A stretch of 64,000 nt of DNA, from contig NMRA01000081.1 in assembly GCA_002633005.1 (NCBI GenBank), positions 437,625 to 501,624 on the forward strand. The letters run 5' to 3'. This stretch comes from Phoronis australis. Taxonomy: Eukaryota; Animalia; Phoronida. A program made the position numbers and the translations under genes. The notes under the pieces were generated by a model. It did not search any database and had not been told where the DNA came from. It was given only the letters and a program-made list of their open reading frames with translations. Within the stretch, counting starts at the first letter, position 1. Every line of letters begins with the position of its first letter. Below, one piece after another: positions 62,082 to 64,000 of the stretch.

Positions 62082-64000
62082 ATAGAAATTCATGGAAATA
62101 ACTCGCAAAACTGGTAAAAACATTGTGAAACCTCATTTGCTTTGAGGAACATTTGAGTACTGTTCTCTGACAAGCATACTGTTATGGTAAACATTCTCCA
62201 AGCAGTGAAAATTGTTTAATTTGGCCGGATCTGGCCCCAAATTATAGAAATAGGCAATATGGGCCGTCCAAAAATTCAAAAATCACCGAAAAGACGTCAA
62301 AATCGCCCACTCTGTAGATTGAAAACACATTGTCTGAAATATGATGAACAAAAAAAATTGCCCTCGTCCAAAACACCAGAATCAAGAAAATTAATTTTTT
62401 GGAGACTTTTTGTGTTTCAAATTCTAGAAACCGTAACAAATAGGGAGATTTTTTCTGTAATCAAATCTTGTTAATGTTTAGTCACACTGATACCAAAAAG
62501 AAGTCTACAGCTAAAATTGTGACTTGTGCGTTTTCCTACAATTGGAATTACTAACCTTATTTACATATGAAAAGTGCATGCGCAATATGTATACAATTGT
62601 CTCATGACTACGTAGAGCAAGTTTTGACACGGGACTTGACAACTTATCCAGAATTGGTCCAGTGTGAGCAATAGCTGTTGTGTATGATACTTTCACATTA
62701 AAACTAGTTATGTGCAACACAATATCTAAGCAATAACATACAGGGTAAAATTTCTTAAAAGAGCAACTCCATATTCATCAGATGGTGCTAACAAAGAAAT
62801 GAAAGGTCCCTCTTTTTAATACCTGAATAGATCAAGAATAGAAAGTTGTTCACTAGCATGGGGTTATTCACGGGATGAGTATACCATGAGATTAACCCAT
62901 TGCAGGCATTTCTATGGGCAGGTCCTTGTTTCAGTAGCGCCACCTATTGAATTTGGAGTTGGCATTCGCATTGTGGATTTACTATGAGTCACAATTGTAT
63001 TTAGTCCTTTTACAAATGCTATCATGTTGTGATAATTGCGGCACATTTTACTGTGCAAATAATGAAGTAGTTTTCTTTGGAATTTAGTTCAACTATCTAG
63101 CCAAAGTAGACTCCATTTCCCACTGTTTTTTTCTCCAAGAGAATTTTTATAATAAGTAAGATGTAATAGTGAATCCTTTGGAAAAGTTCCTGTGTACTCC
63201 ACCTCTTAAACTATTAATTGACAATTGTGTTCATCGACTGTCTTCATAGAACTATTGAAATCAACAAATATCTGTTAAAATAATATTTATATATTAATAA
63301 AATAATGTAAAACATAATGCATTTTTGTTGGGTAACACTTAAGTTAACTGGATATTATTTTGCTGAATATCTTCCGACCAAGTAGTTTTCTGAACATTAA
63401 CTCTTTCGCTGCCTGCAATTCCCAGAACCAAAAAGTTTTTGATGAAAATTAGAAAAATTGGGTGCAATTACCAACACGTACAGTACACGACAAAAGTATC
63501 AGACAAAACGACCTGGAATTCCCCTTCATGACGACTGTGTAGACACCAAATTCATAATCTCGGCAGTTTTCTCTCGTGACCCACAATGAAGTGGAATTAA
63601 CAGAAAAGGAGGCTAAGTCATTGTGTTATTACAATTTTGGCCCCAATGATAATTTCATCAGTCATTTTGCTGTCATGATGGGACACAGAATTTTGTCTGA
63701 TTACTTTTGTCTTGTATTGTATCAAGTCTATGAGAATGTGGTACTAGGCTTTGGGTGACATATCTCATCTAACATTTCTTACTCGAATTACAAATCTGAA
63801 TCCTGTTCAAGTTGTGTCCAGTAAGCAATCAAAAATGTCTTTAAAACTCGGAAAAGAAGCAAAATTCATTCAATCGAGATTTGGTAAATGTTTCATATTG
63901 TCTGGTAATGTTGTTCACCTGTAGTAAGTCACCAGTCGGACCATTTACCAGTAACATCATTAAGACCTAAGCAGTCAAATAATGGTAACAGGGTAGCATT

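Noticed and set aside
63397-63600. TTAA-CTCTTT piggyBac-like terminus
   Set aside because: No matching second end or TSD found in the window
63919-63966. Possible minus-strand exon of a downstream gene (VLMMLLVNGPTGDLLQ or GLNDVTGKWSDW*)
   Set aside because: Splice-like signals exist but it is too short, at the window edge and has no recognisable homology

Overview
AT-rich (roughly 35-37% GC by eye) intron-rich eukaryotic DNA, most likely from an invertebrate animal. It is not prokaryotic, and most ORF-track entries are spurious. Two spliced + strand genes can be rebuilt with phase-consistent junctions. (1) The 3' part of a CCDC157-like coiled-coil gene: 8 exons, 451-12567, one GC-AG intron, ending in a NEMO-spaced CCHC zinc finger. 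(2) A complete ZNRF3/RNF43-family PA-TM-RING-H2 E3 ligase: 10 exons, 19009-60724, about 841 aa. It has a 28 kb first intron, a cluster of TCF/LEF motifs and uORFs upstream, a 27-nt micro-exon, and a cryptic terminal exon ending ...EGDAV. The introns hold Kolobok-type DNA transposon derivatives (TTAA TSD, AGG..CCT ends, a THAP ORF converging on a KolX/P2X7-like remnant). One of these sits in a four-level transposon nest. There are also MITEs, a tRNA-derived SINE and several minisatellites, one of which is an amplified splice acceptor. Family assignments come from remembered motifs, not database searches.
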